From the NCBI GenBank assembly GCA_964016885.1, contig OZ024740.1, positions 385,206,001 to 385,270,000 of the forward strand: a DNA stretch of 64,000 nt, read 5' to 3'. Positions 16,641 through 30,570 of this stretch are shown piece by piece (position 1 is the first letter of the stretch; the number at the start of each line of letters is the position of its first letter). The position numbers and the translations under genes were made by a program. This DNA is from Eledone cirrhosa (Eukaryota). Under the pieces are notes generated by a model. The model saw nothing but the letters and a program-made list of their open reading frames with translations, searched no databases and had not been told where the DNA came from.

Positions 16641-17544
16641 GCCATACATATATCTTAATGGAACACACACCATTTTGTACACACACAAAAAGCGCATATA
16701 TCCATAAAACAAAATAAGATAGATGCCTAATTTTATGGGCCAAATGTGGTGTCAGTACGGTGAGTAGTGGAAAACTCACAGAGGTAGATGCTCACTTCAT
16801 TGTAGATTGCTGCTACCTAGGGATTCAACTAATAAAGAGAAAAATTAACTTTATTGTGTCATTCAATTGAATTAGTTCTATGGCTCTGATTACATTTTAC
16901 GGGATTGCTTAGGTGTTGTTCTTGTAAAATAATACTAAGTAATTTGTTTGGGAAATTGTTCTTTAGTGCGACGTCAATATAATTAAATATATCATCACGA
17001 GTTAGAAAAATCCGTGATCTGAGTTAAAAGAAAAACTTTGCAAAGTTGGATCACAAACATGCCTAGAATAAGTTGGCAGAAACTTGTGCGAGTAGCATAT
17101 GATAATTTCCTGTCCTCGGTTTTCGAGAAGTTTATCGGACATTGATATCTCTAAAACTTCCACAGAGCACTCCCATCGTCACCGTATATAGGCTACCTGA
17201 ATTAATAATGGGCCACCTTAAACCATACTGTAACTTCAAATCATTTAATATCCAGACTAATTCTGCATGTAATGTACCGTACTTCTTGTTTTCATTTCTA
17301 AATAGGTTTATGTGTGCATAAAATAATTTTTTAAATTGTTAGATGTGATGCCCATGTCGTATTTATTTGAATTTCTGGTTGATACTTTATATCTATGCAT
17401 TATATTTTTCTCAAACAGTGCCTTTGTAGTGGGCAATTAACTGGATTCTTAGTTACACATTTTTCTAGAGGTTTTATTTTGTATAGTTATAATTATACTA
17501 TGAATGAGATGATAAAAATAAAATAGAATTTCATTGGCTCTAAA

Positions 17545-17925
17545 TTTCTTCTTCTTCCAGTTATTCCTGGGAGGGTCATGGGTATTGACTCTTCCCGCAC
17601 GCATTCCACTGGGTCTGTGAGATACTTAGATAGATCCTCTCCAATTGATCCACCTGGATCCCCTAGCAAGGCCAGTCGAGGTCATGGATGTTATCCAACA
17701 ATCTTTCCCGGGGTCTACCCCTAGGTCTTTTTCCGGGTGGTCTTGCCCGTGACATCTGCCGAGCATTCTTTCCTTAAACATTCCAACCATTTGTCACTAG
17801 TATCGGAGTTGTGATCTCTCAATTCGGAGAAGTAGCTGAAGCGACTCTCTGAATCCGAGCTACACACTTTATTGAGCGACGTCACTCCAAGACTCTTCGG
17901 AGGAACCCCATTACGGCCACTATAT
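17545..17925 (-). mobile_element. RTE-clade LINE 3' fragment
   Basis: Minus strand encodes ..PGKRPRGRPRERLLDNIHD.. (RTE C-terminal RGRP motif) and ends in a short (GAA) tail. Confidence 0.6.
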
Positions 17926-18790
17926 ATGATGGTTAGTGGCGACAGTAGCCGACTCCCATCGGACGAATGTTAGCTTCCAAGGAAACTCTCATATTCTAGT
18001 GATATTGCTACGACGAAGCGAGTAAAGGCCGCCTCTAAAAGATTCCTGAGTGGTGATACTCATAAGCCCCTGGTTGTCAGAATGTGCTATGAACTAGCAC
18101 TAAATTTAAATTTATAAATTCCACTATTAATTCACTGCACTTAACCATGTTTTAACAAGGTATCTTATTTAAATATATTCGATTTATAACCGAAAAGCAT
18201 ATTAATGTATATAATAGATTTAACGCTACTGGCCTATATATGTTAGACACTACATGAAATATAAACCATAGACTAATGGCTGAACGTACTATCATTTAGA
18301 CAATTTACACTTCTCTTATAGTTTTCGGTATATAACTTTAAGACACACGTTCCAATTATTCTTGCATATTAGTCTTGTGATTCTTCAGTCTTAATGTCTT
18401 TAAACTTCCCTTATATAAATTTCATATATTTAATCTTATTTTTATGATATTGCATTATATTTTATTTTATTTTATTCATTTTATTTATGTATTTTATTTT
18501 ATTTTTAAATTCACTTTATTTTTATTGTTATATGTATTATATATATTGGCAAGTCTCTTTTATTGATTTTTAAACCTACCGCGATTCTCAGCCTTTTTAT
18601 CCACTCAATCACTCCTAATATAACTTATACTCTCCCACTACTCTATTACATCTGGGTTATATAAGGAATATTTTTACAAGTTGTTTTCATTGCGATTAAC
18701 CGTAATCTAGAACTTTCTCGTCGACATGATTTTAATTATATCCATTTTCATCTATTATAACTGTGAATATATGCACGTACGTGCAATACG

Positions 18791-18833
<43 letters not shown>

Positions 18834-18882
18834 GAGCGTGTGATTTTGTGTATTTATCTCATACACACACACGTACACACAA

Positions 18883-18964
<82 letters not shown>

Positions 18965-21914
18965 ATATGTATATATATATATATACATATATATATATTT
19001 ATATATACTCCTGTTAATGAAAAACTTTTGATATAATGAAAGGCAAACCTTCACCAAAAATACTACCCATTCATTCACACCACTGCCTGCAAAATACTCT
19101 ATAACACTGAGTCGACAATGATAGTTTGAAGTCATGCTGTTGTCATTGGTGACGATAGAAACTTTCCGTCCGCAGCAATGTTTTAATCCAATTACTACAA
19201 TGAAAATGGAGCAAACGGTTAATGCATTTGACTAGCAATATCTTCTCCATGCTGCAGAACGAAAAAGAAAAAATACTGTCTACACTTTATATCAGCCAAC
19301 TGCAGATAAGGGAATGTCTCGATGGAAATTAATGCTTTATGTTGTTTTTGTCATTTATTACTATCGTGCTGAGCAGTCATACGTTGAAAAGCATTTTAGT
19401 CGTGGCTATCCCATATATTTGTATATCAGGAGCTTCTATATCTCCCTTTATCTAAGATATTATGGCATGATTTGAGAGAGATTTTGCTGTTGCTTTTAGC
19501 ATGTCAAGAAACTGCATGTTATTAGCAGGAATGTGTCACAAACGAATCCGTAATCCTCAATGACAGATAAAAGACAATATATTTATATGGGGTAGAATAG
19601 TCAATTATATCAACACTAGTATAGAACTACCTCTTAATTATCAACTTTAGAGAGATGAAATAAACGAGAATCCCAGCAGGATTTGAACACAGGAATTAAT
19701 AGAATGTAACATAAGATGAGCTGGCATTTAGTCTGACAATCTAATTCTGCCATGTCAATCAGCATGTGAAACTGAATTCAATATAAATGAACAAATTGAA
19801 CGACACAGCTATAAAGTAACCCCTGCTGCTGAACCTTAAGTAGATATCAGATTAATCTCACCTTAATCAGAAAGAGAAACTGTCAAGATTTGACTATCTA
19901 GATTTTCAACAACCATATAAATTGGGTCAAGCAGAGTTGAGTAACTTGCCTTTCTACAATAATATAAAAACAAACCAAAAATATTTTAGAGCACATACCG
20001 GATGGCAGATAAGTAATTACTGCCGTGATGAAATCATTTTATTTATGGATATTTTTGACGAATGCCATAAAGCAAGGATAAGCTTCTCAAGCACGAAATA
20101 GATAAAGATTTGTCGAGCTGGTTTCGAATTTAGTCGGAGGGAGTTCACATTACTTTATCTTTTGCTGTTGAGAATTTCTTCGTGAAATCACAAGTTTCGT
20201 GTATCTATTTACAGTGGACATAAACGCTGCGATATGTCAAGTCATTTTTTGTTTTTTGTTTTTCTGTTCCTAAAAGTATTTGAGAAAATTCAGATACGGA
20301 TATTTTAATGATATTTATTTTTTCGTCGATGATTGTGAACAAAAATGGTATAGATTTCCAACAGATCAAACACTGGTCCATTGCATTTCTGAGGGGAGGT
20401 GGCTGTCAAAGGAGTGGTTGTATCTCTCATTTCAATATTGGTTAAATTTCTTGCCGGAAAAAACATAATATAAGCCCTAAACGAAATATGGTCGTTTTGA
20501 AACTGTTAACTTTCCTTTTCTCGAGATATTTCTGTTGGTGATTCGCTGTTTTGAGTCAAAGTCCCAATTAAACCATCTATAATTTAAATAACTCCAGCCA
20601 CATAAAATAGGTGTCGGTAATAGTGTATTTCAACAAATAGTTTATATCTTCAATTAAACTAAAAGCCTCGCATAAGAAATATATCGATATTATATACATA
20701 TATGAAGTGGTGGATATGAAACTGTAGATTACCAGATTCAATGTTCATCGTATTTAGGCAATGTTGAAACTGCATGATTGACGCATTTCGTAAGTTTGCA
20801 GTGATGCTTCGAAAATGTATTTAGGATATTAATTTATTTCGTCAAAGAGTAATAGCAACACAGTGGTATTTGAACTGGTTACTACAAGTGATTAACTCAA
20901 AACAACAAATCCCTTCGCTGGGGATGGTGTACGTGATAGATAGTATAGAATCCTAACCAGAAAGAAATTATCTCTTTTCATTTGACTTTACAGAAACCAG
21001 AGTGAAGTACTGGAATTATTAACCCTTACAGTTTCCTTTCCTTGATAATTAAATTTTCTTAGCAAAAATATTAATTGAAAAGGATAAATAGATATTAATT
21101 CCGATATGAAAATTATTGAAAAGAAATCTCACAAGTTGTAGTAGAGAAAACAAAATACTGAGAAAACAAAATGAAAATATGAAACATATATCCCTTTCGC
21201 TTTTCTGGGAAATGATAAATACTTTAAAGAAAAAAATGTTTTTTGCTATTGTTTTTTGTTTTTGTTATATTCTTATGTTTTATTAGTCAATAAAAGAAAG
21301 GAAAATAAAAAAAGTTGTGGTTAGAATATAAAACGATTTTCAAATTACCCGGAATAGATAAATTTGAAGAACAACGACCGATAAGCATTTGACAGATATC
21401 AGGTAACATTTCTTTTACGTAACATATATTGCATCGAAGAATTGGTTAATAACTTTATAGGTTTGTGATAACGAGACAGAGTGAGAAGAATGTGAGGAGA
21501 ATTGTGGTGAAGTGTCTGGTTATATTTACACAATTATTCTGTGAGTTACGTTACATAGATATATGAGAAAATATTATTTTGCAGCAAGAATAACATATAA
21601 TATTCTTCCATGCAGAAATAAACAAACCGTTCATATGTGCCTATGTGTATGAGGGATGCGCTAAGACGAGGTTTCACTTATTCGGGTATCAAACATGAGA
21701 GGTGGACAAAAATAGCCAAAGACGAATTACCATCGGGGAATGGTAGAGTGTAGAACATAAAGAACATTCAAACTTTGAAGTTACGACTACATATGAGACA
21801 TCCATATGTAATGATTGTTGACAACTGATAGAATTCTGTCGCATTGTCGATAACAATAGATGCCTGCATTCATAACCCACACCACCACACCATATATATA
21901 TATATATATATAGT

Positions 21915-23181
21915 AATAATAATAAATTAGAAGACTAAAATCCAAAGAGGGCTCGATAAGGTTAAATATATATCAAATATATAAGAATCGTAGAGCAAAT
22001 ATTTATTAAAATAACAGATTAAATTTTAAGCAAAGAATCGCTGCTTTCACCCTTAACGGGATCTTCTGAAACTAACAAAGTCAATCTGTGAACGCAGAAG
22101 TGAATATTTCAAATAACGTTGCAATCGGAGGAAGACAGGAAGACGATACTTCGGTTCGTGGAAACGTTCCCTGGCAAAGAACGGGAAAAAACGAATATAG
22201 TACGTCATTATTAGGAGCGGTGAAAAACAATTACACGCAAAGACAAAACCACTTTTATGGTTTAAAAGAAGTCGTAGACAAATATTCTATTAGGTGGTTC
22301 ATAGAGACGTTCACTGGCAATGAACGGAAAAAACGAAGATAATACGTCCTATGTGGAGCGTGGAGAACAATTGCACGCAAAGTCGTAGACTAAAATTCTA
22401 TTTAGGAAACCGAATGATTCTCGGCTTCAGAGTTAAGAAAAAAGTAAATAAAATACAGAGGTAATTGAAATTAAATAAATACATAGACGCATCCATATAC
22501 GTAGATACACAAGCATACGCGAAAACACTCACAAATACACGCACATATAATATGTGTGTGTGTGTACGTGTATACAAATAATTAAATAAACGTATATAAA
22601 TAAATAAATACGTAATAACAAGCGCACACACATACCTACATGTAAATACACATATATTCGGAGACATACGTCAACCAAAACACGAAGTACACATATACAC
22701 ACACCCGCATACTCACACAGACGCAAAACTCACGTATACACATAACCAAAACATATGTACCAGAATATATAAAATATACGCCATAACATATACAATCAAA
22801 TATACGTACGAGAAAGTATACGTACCTTCACAAAACATACAGGTAATATATACTTACCTATACAAATAAGTAATGGTATAAACATAAGATATACTTAGCT
22901 ACCACATCAAGACGTAAAATATCCGCGTATAGATCGTACTATCCGTTAGGGTATAACGTAGGGCTGTAATACAAGAAAGTTTTGTGCAATTTATGTTTAC
23001 AAGCCGAAGTTGCCTCAGATTTTTTGTTTAAGATGTGGTCTGTGACGTAGAGTATTTCCAGGGCCTCAGCGGAAATAATAAATTTGAAGACTAAAATCCA
23101 AAGAGGGCTCAATAAATTTCAGAAGATCCCGTTAAGGGTGAAAGCACCGATTCTTTGCTTAAACTTTAATCTCTTATTTTA

Positions 23182-23188
<7 letters not shown>
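21915..23188. mobile_element. Non-coding element with direct and inverted pLTR-like ends and an internal ~145-bp duplication
   Basis: GAAGACTAAAATCCAAAGAGGGCTC at ~21930 and ~23086; 22000-22070 is inverted at 23117-23187; degenerate CAGAAGA-tccc gttaa gggt-GAAA motif. Confidence 0.6.
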
Positions 23189-23255
<67 letters not shown>

Positions 23256-23355
23256 CGTAAAATAAGAAAATTTTAAAATTAACTTACTTACTAAAATTTT
23301 CACTCCAACTAATTTGTTTCTGTAAGGGAATAAATATAGTTACGCAACGCAATAG

Positions 23356-23437
23356 ACTCCCTGATGACGTAAGGATTTCTCTATAGTTGCGCTGCGTAAA
23401 TATATTTATTCCCTTACAGAAACTAATTAGTTGGAGT
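23356..23437 (+). ncRNA. Type I hammerhead ribozyme, copy 1
   Basis: actcc-CTGATGA-c.gtaagg...ccttac.a-GAAA-ctaattag-TT-ggagt; palindromic stem III, GUU triplet. Confidence 0.8.
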
Positions 23438-23881
23438 GAAAATTTTAATAAGTAAGTTAATTTTAAAATGTTCTTATTTTACGTCATATAATTGTTCTGC
23501 ATCCCCTTGCATAGAACCACAAAGGTACTAAGACATAACATATATATTTGCTAGCATAGGTATACATCTGTATACATATGTTGGTAGATATACTAATTCT
23601 CTATATTTATCTCCAAATTATTTGTTGAGCAAAACTTGCCGAAATTACTATTATCTTTCATGGTAGTAGTTAGGCTCTTGTCTTATTACCACTCCACTCC
23701 TCACTGATTAACCTCAGTGTCACGTGATTAATTCTTTAGAATTTGCCACTGACCAAGTAGGCAGTGAATTTTTCAGTGCCCTGGAATCTAGTCCCCGCTC
23801 TCTTTTTTCCATCCACTGAATTATTATTTTTATATGGGTTCCTAGTGTCCGCGCATTGCCTGGGAACTTAGCTGAGAATAG

Positions 23882-23963
23882 ACTCCCTGATGACGTAAGG
23901 ATTTCTCTATTGTTGCGTTGCGTAACTATATTTATTCCCTCACAGAAACTAATTAGTTGGAGT
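23882..23963 (+). ncRNA. Type I hammerhead ribozyme, copy 2
   Basis: Same as copy 1 except one stem II mismatch (cctcac). Confidence 0.75.
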
Positions 23964-24124
23964 GAAAATTTTAGTAAGTAAGTTAATTTTAAAATTTTCT
24001 TATTTTACGTCTTTCATATAATTGTTCTGCATCCCTTGCATAGAACCACAAAGGTACTAAGACATAACATATATATTTGCTAGCATAGGTATACATCTGT
24101 ATACATATGTTGGTAGATATACTA

Positions 24125-24192
<68 letters not shown>

Positions 24193-24199
24193 GAGAAGA

Positions 24200-24360
24200 A
24201 AGAAGAATACTGCGTGGTTGCACATAGGTTACATATGATAAAAATAGTCCTTCGTCAGTGATTTTCCAACCATCATTGTTATTTCATCGCATTATAAATC
24301 AGATACCTCAGGTTGGTGCGAGCAATAACTAAAAAAAGTTATTGGGACCAGTAAATCGCG
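24200..24360. repeat. Dispersed homologue of the start of the 321-2239 tandem unit (also at ~7190-7305, opposite orientation)
   Basis: AGTCCTTC(A/G)TCAGTGA...TCCAACC...ATTTCATCGC...CCTCAGGTTGGTGCGA is shared. Confidence 0.8.
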
Positions 24361-25272
24361 TAAAGCGAGGGGGACAAGTGAACAACATAGAAGGATAAAA
24401 GCAAACCAAAGAAAGGAAATAAACAGGCAACATGGTAGTCCTGGTCAGCATAAGCTGGGTGGATTTCATGATCGAAAGGTACAGACACGTCCAGCGTGAG
24501 TGGGATGTAAGCAAGAAGAGACCCACTGTTAGCCAAACGGGAGGAAGTGAGAAGGGGAGAAACAGAGAGTGAGTGAGTGGAAGTGCGAGGAAGCGGTCAG
24601 TCGAGAGAAAGTGTAACTGACAGAGGGGGCGAAAGAAGGTGAGAGAAACAGAGAGAACGGGGAAGCAGTAAGTGAGAAACATATATATATATATATATAT
24701 AGGAACAAGTATGACCCCGACGGCAGAGCTCAAGCCGTTTCGACGGCTATTTCTGGACTAAATAAAATTTTTTAGCCTGGTAAATAAATAGCCGAACTTC
24801 TCAAGGGGTATTTCCTTATATGGGAAGATAGTAATTGTCAAGGTCATTGGTAAAAAATTTCTTGTAAAGACAGATGAATCTATCATGGCATTTGGTGGGA
24901 GGTATGGGTGGCTGATCTTTCCGGTAGAACAAAGAGGGTGTGGGGGAAACCCAGTCAAGCGTTGAAAGTGGAATCTATACACCTGATTCTAAGGATAGTG
25001 TATAAAAGGTCGAGAAAAGTGTACTGGAGAAGATGAGGGGCGGGGAGTTGAAAGAATAGGTAAATCGAGAGGGATTAAAAAAAACATTATAAAAATAAGG
25101 AAATAAATATATAAAAAAAAACAATTTCTGGTTACTATCCATTTCCACAATCACCAAATTTCTCATTGGTATTGCTTGTTCCTATTACCCACTCTACTAC
25201 CCTAAGTATTGAGTACTCTGGTGCGTTATGGTCCATCTGGTTCCTTACCACTATACCTTCGTTATATATATA

Positions 25273-25745
25273 TATTGTTATACTTGGGGAGGGTCATATT
25301 TGTGTAATAATATTGCCAGAATTAATAACAGAACACACTCACTGTTTGGTTGGTTTTCGCTTCTGTGTCTTTTATATCGGTTAATTTAATTTATTCGGTC
25401 CTCAATGTTACCATTGACTGACCAACGGTTAAAAATACAGATACAATATAGACACAAACACATATATATAGTCTAAGAAAGTTCTTTCGTTGCACATCTG
25501 CAACATCGTCAGTGCTGCTATTATGTTTCCTCCTGTTGCATTGTATGCCTACGCCATCTTTATTTAGTCTGTTTATTTATTTTTTTGTTTTGTTTATTTT
25601 TTGTCTTCCCTGCGCATGCGTTTGCGTGTGTGTATAGTGTTTTGTTTGATGTGTGTTCGTGTTTGGGTGACTGTGTATTGGTTATTGTATTCTACCTTAG
25701 TTTACTAGTGTGTGTTTATATGTGTTTATAACTAATTTTACGCCG

Positions 25746-25750
<5 letters not shown>
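25273..25750 (-). mobile_element. Solo PLE pLTR related to the 43.9-44.4 kb pLTR, with a hammerhead at 25475-25516
   Basis: ATATTGTTATACTTGGGGAGGGTCAT end; minus strand agca-CTGACGA-t.gttgca gatg tgcaac-GAAA-gaac-TT-tctt (weak stem I). Confidence 0.65.
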
Positions 25751-25789
<39 letters not shown>

Positions 25790-26779
25790 CAAAGAATCGG
25801 GACCCGACAGCTGAGCTACCGTTTCGACAGCTAGTTCAAGACTCGAAATAGCTGTTGAAACGGCAAGAGCTCAAACGTTATTCATATCTACAAATAAAAA
25901 TACGTGTATATGTGTTTCATAAGATGTGCTCCTCACTCTATATCTAATGTGATAGTGGTCACCCTTTGTCACTCTAATGAAGAATGTTTTTCTCTGACAC
26001 TTCATGCATTTGCATTCACAAACATACACTCGCACCTTAAGCACACCGTTTATTTACACGTTAAGGCTACGCTCATAAATCCTACACACCACATACACAT
26101 ACGCACACACACACACTCACATGCAGTCCCACTCACCTATGGCTTAGGCACATTTTCTGCAACTATACTCTCATGGATATCTTTAATCAGATATTAGTGT
26201 TCGTATACTGGAGTTATAGCCAGGTTTGGGTGCCTTATTTTATATATAACAACACAGACGAAAACGTGCAGATGTGTAATGGCTACTTGTATAGTATTCA
26301 CACTTTTTAGAAATGGTTAAATTGTTTGCTATTATTTAGTGAGGAAATATATGCGGAGTAGATGAGAGTGAGTGGTAGAATATCATATTTGACTCCGGGA
26401 TGGATGAAAAGTAAAATGATGGAGGTGGAATGAGGAAGGTTGGAGAAGATAGGGAAAAGAGCGTACGTGAAGTTAGTGCAGGTTTAGTCAATGGGTTAGA
26501 AATAGTAAACATTTAAAATGTGGCTTGGACAAATCTAGTATTACTTAATTTCTCTTGGATGCAGTTGGAGAAAATGTATATATGGTTGAATGTGAGATAT
26601 GTGCCGTGGGCTTCGTTGTGACAATAACATCACAGGGTGGCTTATGCTTATTTATAACGAGTGTATATAATGGTGGCGGTCAATCTGTCATATATACAAG
26701 GTGTGACAAAGATAGTTAAGTTGACAATAGAGACTTGGGTTGAATGTAATGGGACTGAAGCAATCTTAGGTTCTAGGTT

Positions 26780-27560
26780 CATTGCATACTTTTGGAAGCT
26801 CTGCAGTGTTGTGGGACGACAGAATTTCAACAGAAACGTTTTTGAAACTTCTATGGTGTTCGCCTTTTCCTTCTTAAACAATAAACATTTCTTGCTCCTT
26901 TTTATATATAGTCTGTGTTTTCTATTCCATGTTATTTTATAGTGTATTTTAATGATCATGAATGATTGAATATTTGGGTAAAGTGGTCGCTGATATGTTT
27001 CTTTTATCTGTATGAAGCTGTATATTTAGCATATTTTGATTTTAACATTCCTTCCATTGTCCCGATAAATTCAAGACAATGATAATTAGCACATGCAAAT
27101 CCAGGGGACACGTTAATGGTGTTATATATTTGTATGATAGTTGTACTATTTTCCTCTGCGGGTGTTATACACCGTTCATATACCATTGTTACATGCTTTT
27201 TCTAAAGAGTATATTTCCTTTTTCTCTACATGTGCTTGTTTTTCCATTGTGTTTTGTAGTTTTCTGCTTAGCAATGTATTTTTTTATTTGGTGGGCTACT
27301 CTAAGCAATCTAAAATGATTCTTATTCAAGATGATCCAATGCCTATGCTGTCCCGCGAAGTTTTTATCTGTTAACGTTAGGAACATCTTACCTATATTGG
27401 TTTTAACATTTAAGGAAACAGGGAAAAACAAATAATGGCGTGAATTCTATTTTAGGGTTTGTGCATACGTAGGTTGGGTATATAACCTATGCTGTCCTTG
27501 AAGAAGCTATCTGTTAAGAAAAATTTAGGGATATTTGTGCTTATGTTCTTATCTACACCA
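26780..27560 (-). pseudogene. Highly degenerate PLE linker and GIY-YIG fragment
   Basis: SLNVKTNIGKMFLTLTDKNF; TCREKG...MVYE; IGTMEG.LKSKYAKYTASYR; KITWN...KKCLLFKKEK. Confidence 0.7.
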
Positions 27561-28192
27561 TTTCACCAACCCAACTCACTCCTCATATTTTTCTCACCAA
27601 GGAAAAACAAATATTCAGCTATAACTAGAAAATGTGTGTGCTATTAAACTAACCAGTACACAACTGATCTAATTTGTTCAATGTAAAATAACCTGCCACC
27701 ACATGACTTTATTGGGTGAAACTCCAGTATAAGAAGACTACTAACTGATTAAAGATATAGGTAAGATTATCCTTTCATATATATGTGTCTAGGCTGTGAG
27801 TATGCCTCTGTATGTATGTTTGTGTTTATGTGTGTGTGCGTTTTGCAGTGTTTGTAGTGTATGTACTTAGAATACACTCCATTATGTATGTCTATGTGTG
27901 GGTGGGAATACCTTTATGTCTATGTACTTATACATTTTATAATTTTATAACAATTCAAATAACTATTTAATAATTCTAACACATTTTAATATATTTTAAT
28001 ACATTATATTAATCGATGTGGAGGTGTCATACTAGAAAGAAATAATTCTAGTTCCACATCATAAACATTAATAGGTCTTCCAGCAAGTACAGTAACAACA
28101 CACCGACTTTCGGTCAATGGCGAGGAAATATCACGAAGAACATCGCCTGTGGGGCTAATATTCTATGAATAACGCAGATATTCTGAGTAGCT

Positions 28193-28244
<52 letters not shown>

Positions 28245-28247
<3 letters not shown>

Positions 28248-30510
28248 TAATTTTCTAGATATAAACTTAGATCTGCCTACTGCTTCTTATAAACCGTACC
28301 ATAAACCTAATGGAAATTTAAAATGTATAAATAAAGGCATCCTCCTATAGTTTGTAAAAACCTTATCCCTAATATTAGCCGTAGGATCTCCACCCTCTCT
28401 TCTTCAGAAGCTATTTTCAATAAGGCATCCCCCTACTATAATAAAGCCCTTCAAAATAGCGGATTGAGCGAACCGATTAATACATACCCAACAATACTAA
28501 CTCCTTTAAACATAATAATAGGAAAAGAAAAATAATCTGGTTCACACCCTCTCTACTCTTTAGCAGTTAAAACTAATGTAGGCAAAACATTCCTAGAGCT
28601 CTTAGATAAACATTTCCCTAGAACACATAGATACTATAAGATATTCAATAGAAACTGTGTCAAAATCAGCTACTCCTGCGGTCCCCCTATTAAATCTGAT
28701 ATCCTCAATAAGAAAATACCCAGAGAACATTAAAATTGCTCCTGTAGAGGCAAAAGTGAATGCCCTTTACAAGGTAAATGCAACACCAAAGCCATTGTAT
28801 ATGCGGCTAAAGTGACAACCACCATCAACAACCAACCAGCAACAACCACCAGCAACAACCTACCAGCCACCAGCGAACGATATGTGGGTATGACACAAAA
28901 CGCGTTATTACTCACATGTCACATCTTTCCGACATCCTGAAAAAAGATTTACAACAGCTCTGGCTAGCAGAATATGGGATTTGAAAGACCAAGGTATATA
29001 ATATAAATTGGATTGGTCAATTTTGAACCAATCTAAAGAATATGCAAGAAGAACAAGAAGATGCGCACTCTGCATAAGTGAAAAATATTGGATTTTACAG
29101 AATCTTAAATCACCAAAAACCTGCCTAAATGCAAAAACAGACATTTTCACCAGTTGCCCACACATGAAATCACACTTGCTTTCCAGCTCATATAAACTTA
29201 ACTCACTTTCAGATACTTATCCTCCATAAACTCTTGTTCTTCACTTTCCTTAAATTACCCTCTTTACAGACTTCTCTTTCTGATTTACTTTTATTTTTAT
29301 TTTTAACTTTATTTTTACTTCACATCAACCAGTGACCTCCGCCCCCCCCCCCTGCTTTTTGATTCACTTACCTAATATCTTCACAATTCCACACATTTTA
29401 CTTCCCCATTTTCTTTCACTACCTGATATCACTTGTCACTTGCGTTTTCAACTCCAGATATATTCTGTTGTCTCTCAGCCGCTTTTATGTATGTATAATT
29501 TGCACTCATTTATTCATACGGCTGGTTTATAATTTGTATCTATGCGTGTGAGCGTGTATGTGTGTGTATGCGTGTTTGTATATGTATACGAACAACGCAT
29601 GCGTATGTGCGCGTGTGTGTGTATATGTGTGTGTGTATGTGTGTTTTTATATCTATGTTTTTTACATACTTATATATACGTGTGTGTGTGTATGGGTGCA
29701 TGTATATGTATGTGTATATATATATATGTGTGTGTGCTTTGTGTGTATGTATGCGCGCCTTTGTATGTATGTACGCATGTATATGCTTTTGTCTGTACGT
29801 ATTTATTTATATATATTTTTATATATATATGTGTGTACGTACGAACCTTTTGTTTTCTATTTTTTCTAGTGTTACTTTATAATTGATAACCCCTCCCTCT
29901 TACTTTCTCTTTGATTTAAAAATGTATTTTATTCTCATATATTTTTTCATTTTTATATGTATCGAGCCTCAGACTGACACTGCTTTGACTGATACACTCC
30001 CTTCCCTGTATATATCACTCGCATGTATGTAGTCGCGCGTGTGTGTGTGTTTATACGCTTGCTTTCATCACTGTATGTGTATATATTTCAATCCTTAATA
30101 CCTGAATCTGGATCTACTTTTACTCTATTATCTTACAATTTATTTTCCAACATATATTATATACGTATTTGTGGTCACACATACACTGATATGCTTGCCC
30201 TCAAATATGTACTTACGCACACATTTGTTCACTATACACATGCATTTGTACAAACACACATATGTACATTTGTGAGTGAATATACACACATTTATACACA
30301 TACCCTAACTATATTTCCTTATTTTATTTTTATATATCTCTTACATTACTTTTATTTATATATTTTTTTTTTGCCCGTTAAACTTTTGCCTTTCTTGAGG
30401 AGAATTTTCAAATATCTCAGTATTTTTAAATTGCCTTGTCCGACGAACGAATTAGGACGTTTTTTGTATTCGTCTTATTTGGGAAACCTCTGGTAATGAG
30501 GTAATTATAT
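28245..30510 (+). mobile_element. 5'-truncated Penelope-like element: RT thumb, linker and GIY-YIG (frameshifted), long 3' region and pLTR
   Basis: NFLDINLDL..YKPYHKPN; RKRKIIWF; VKTNVGKTFLELLDKHFP; CSCRGKSECPLQGKC; IVY..YVGMT; CALCISEK; CPH. Confidence 0.88.
30434..30501 (+). ncRNA. Hammerhead with CCGACGA core in the 3' pLTR
   Basis: ccttgt-CCGACGA-a.cgaattaggacg...cgtcttatttgg-GAAA-cc tct gg-TA-atgagg. Confidence 0.65.
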
Positions 30511-30570
30511 TGTATTGTTTATTATATATATAATGATATAAGCGTACAATAGAACATCAAACTTTACAAG

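Larger units (their letters stand above)
23250..24130 (+). mobile_element. Retrozyme-like non-autonomous PLE: two ~250-bp direct repeats (526-bp period), each with a hammerhead, plus an inverted 5' partial repeat
   Basis: 23352-23603 matches 23878-24130; 23250-23352 is the reverse complement of ~23913-24013; flanked by (TA)n on both sides; no ORF. Confidence 0.85.

Noticed and set aside
24790-25040. Possible PLE RT scrap on the minus strand (DLDNYYLPI)
   Set aside because: A single weak motif in heavily decayed sequence; not enough to call.
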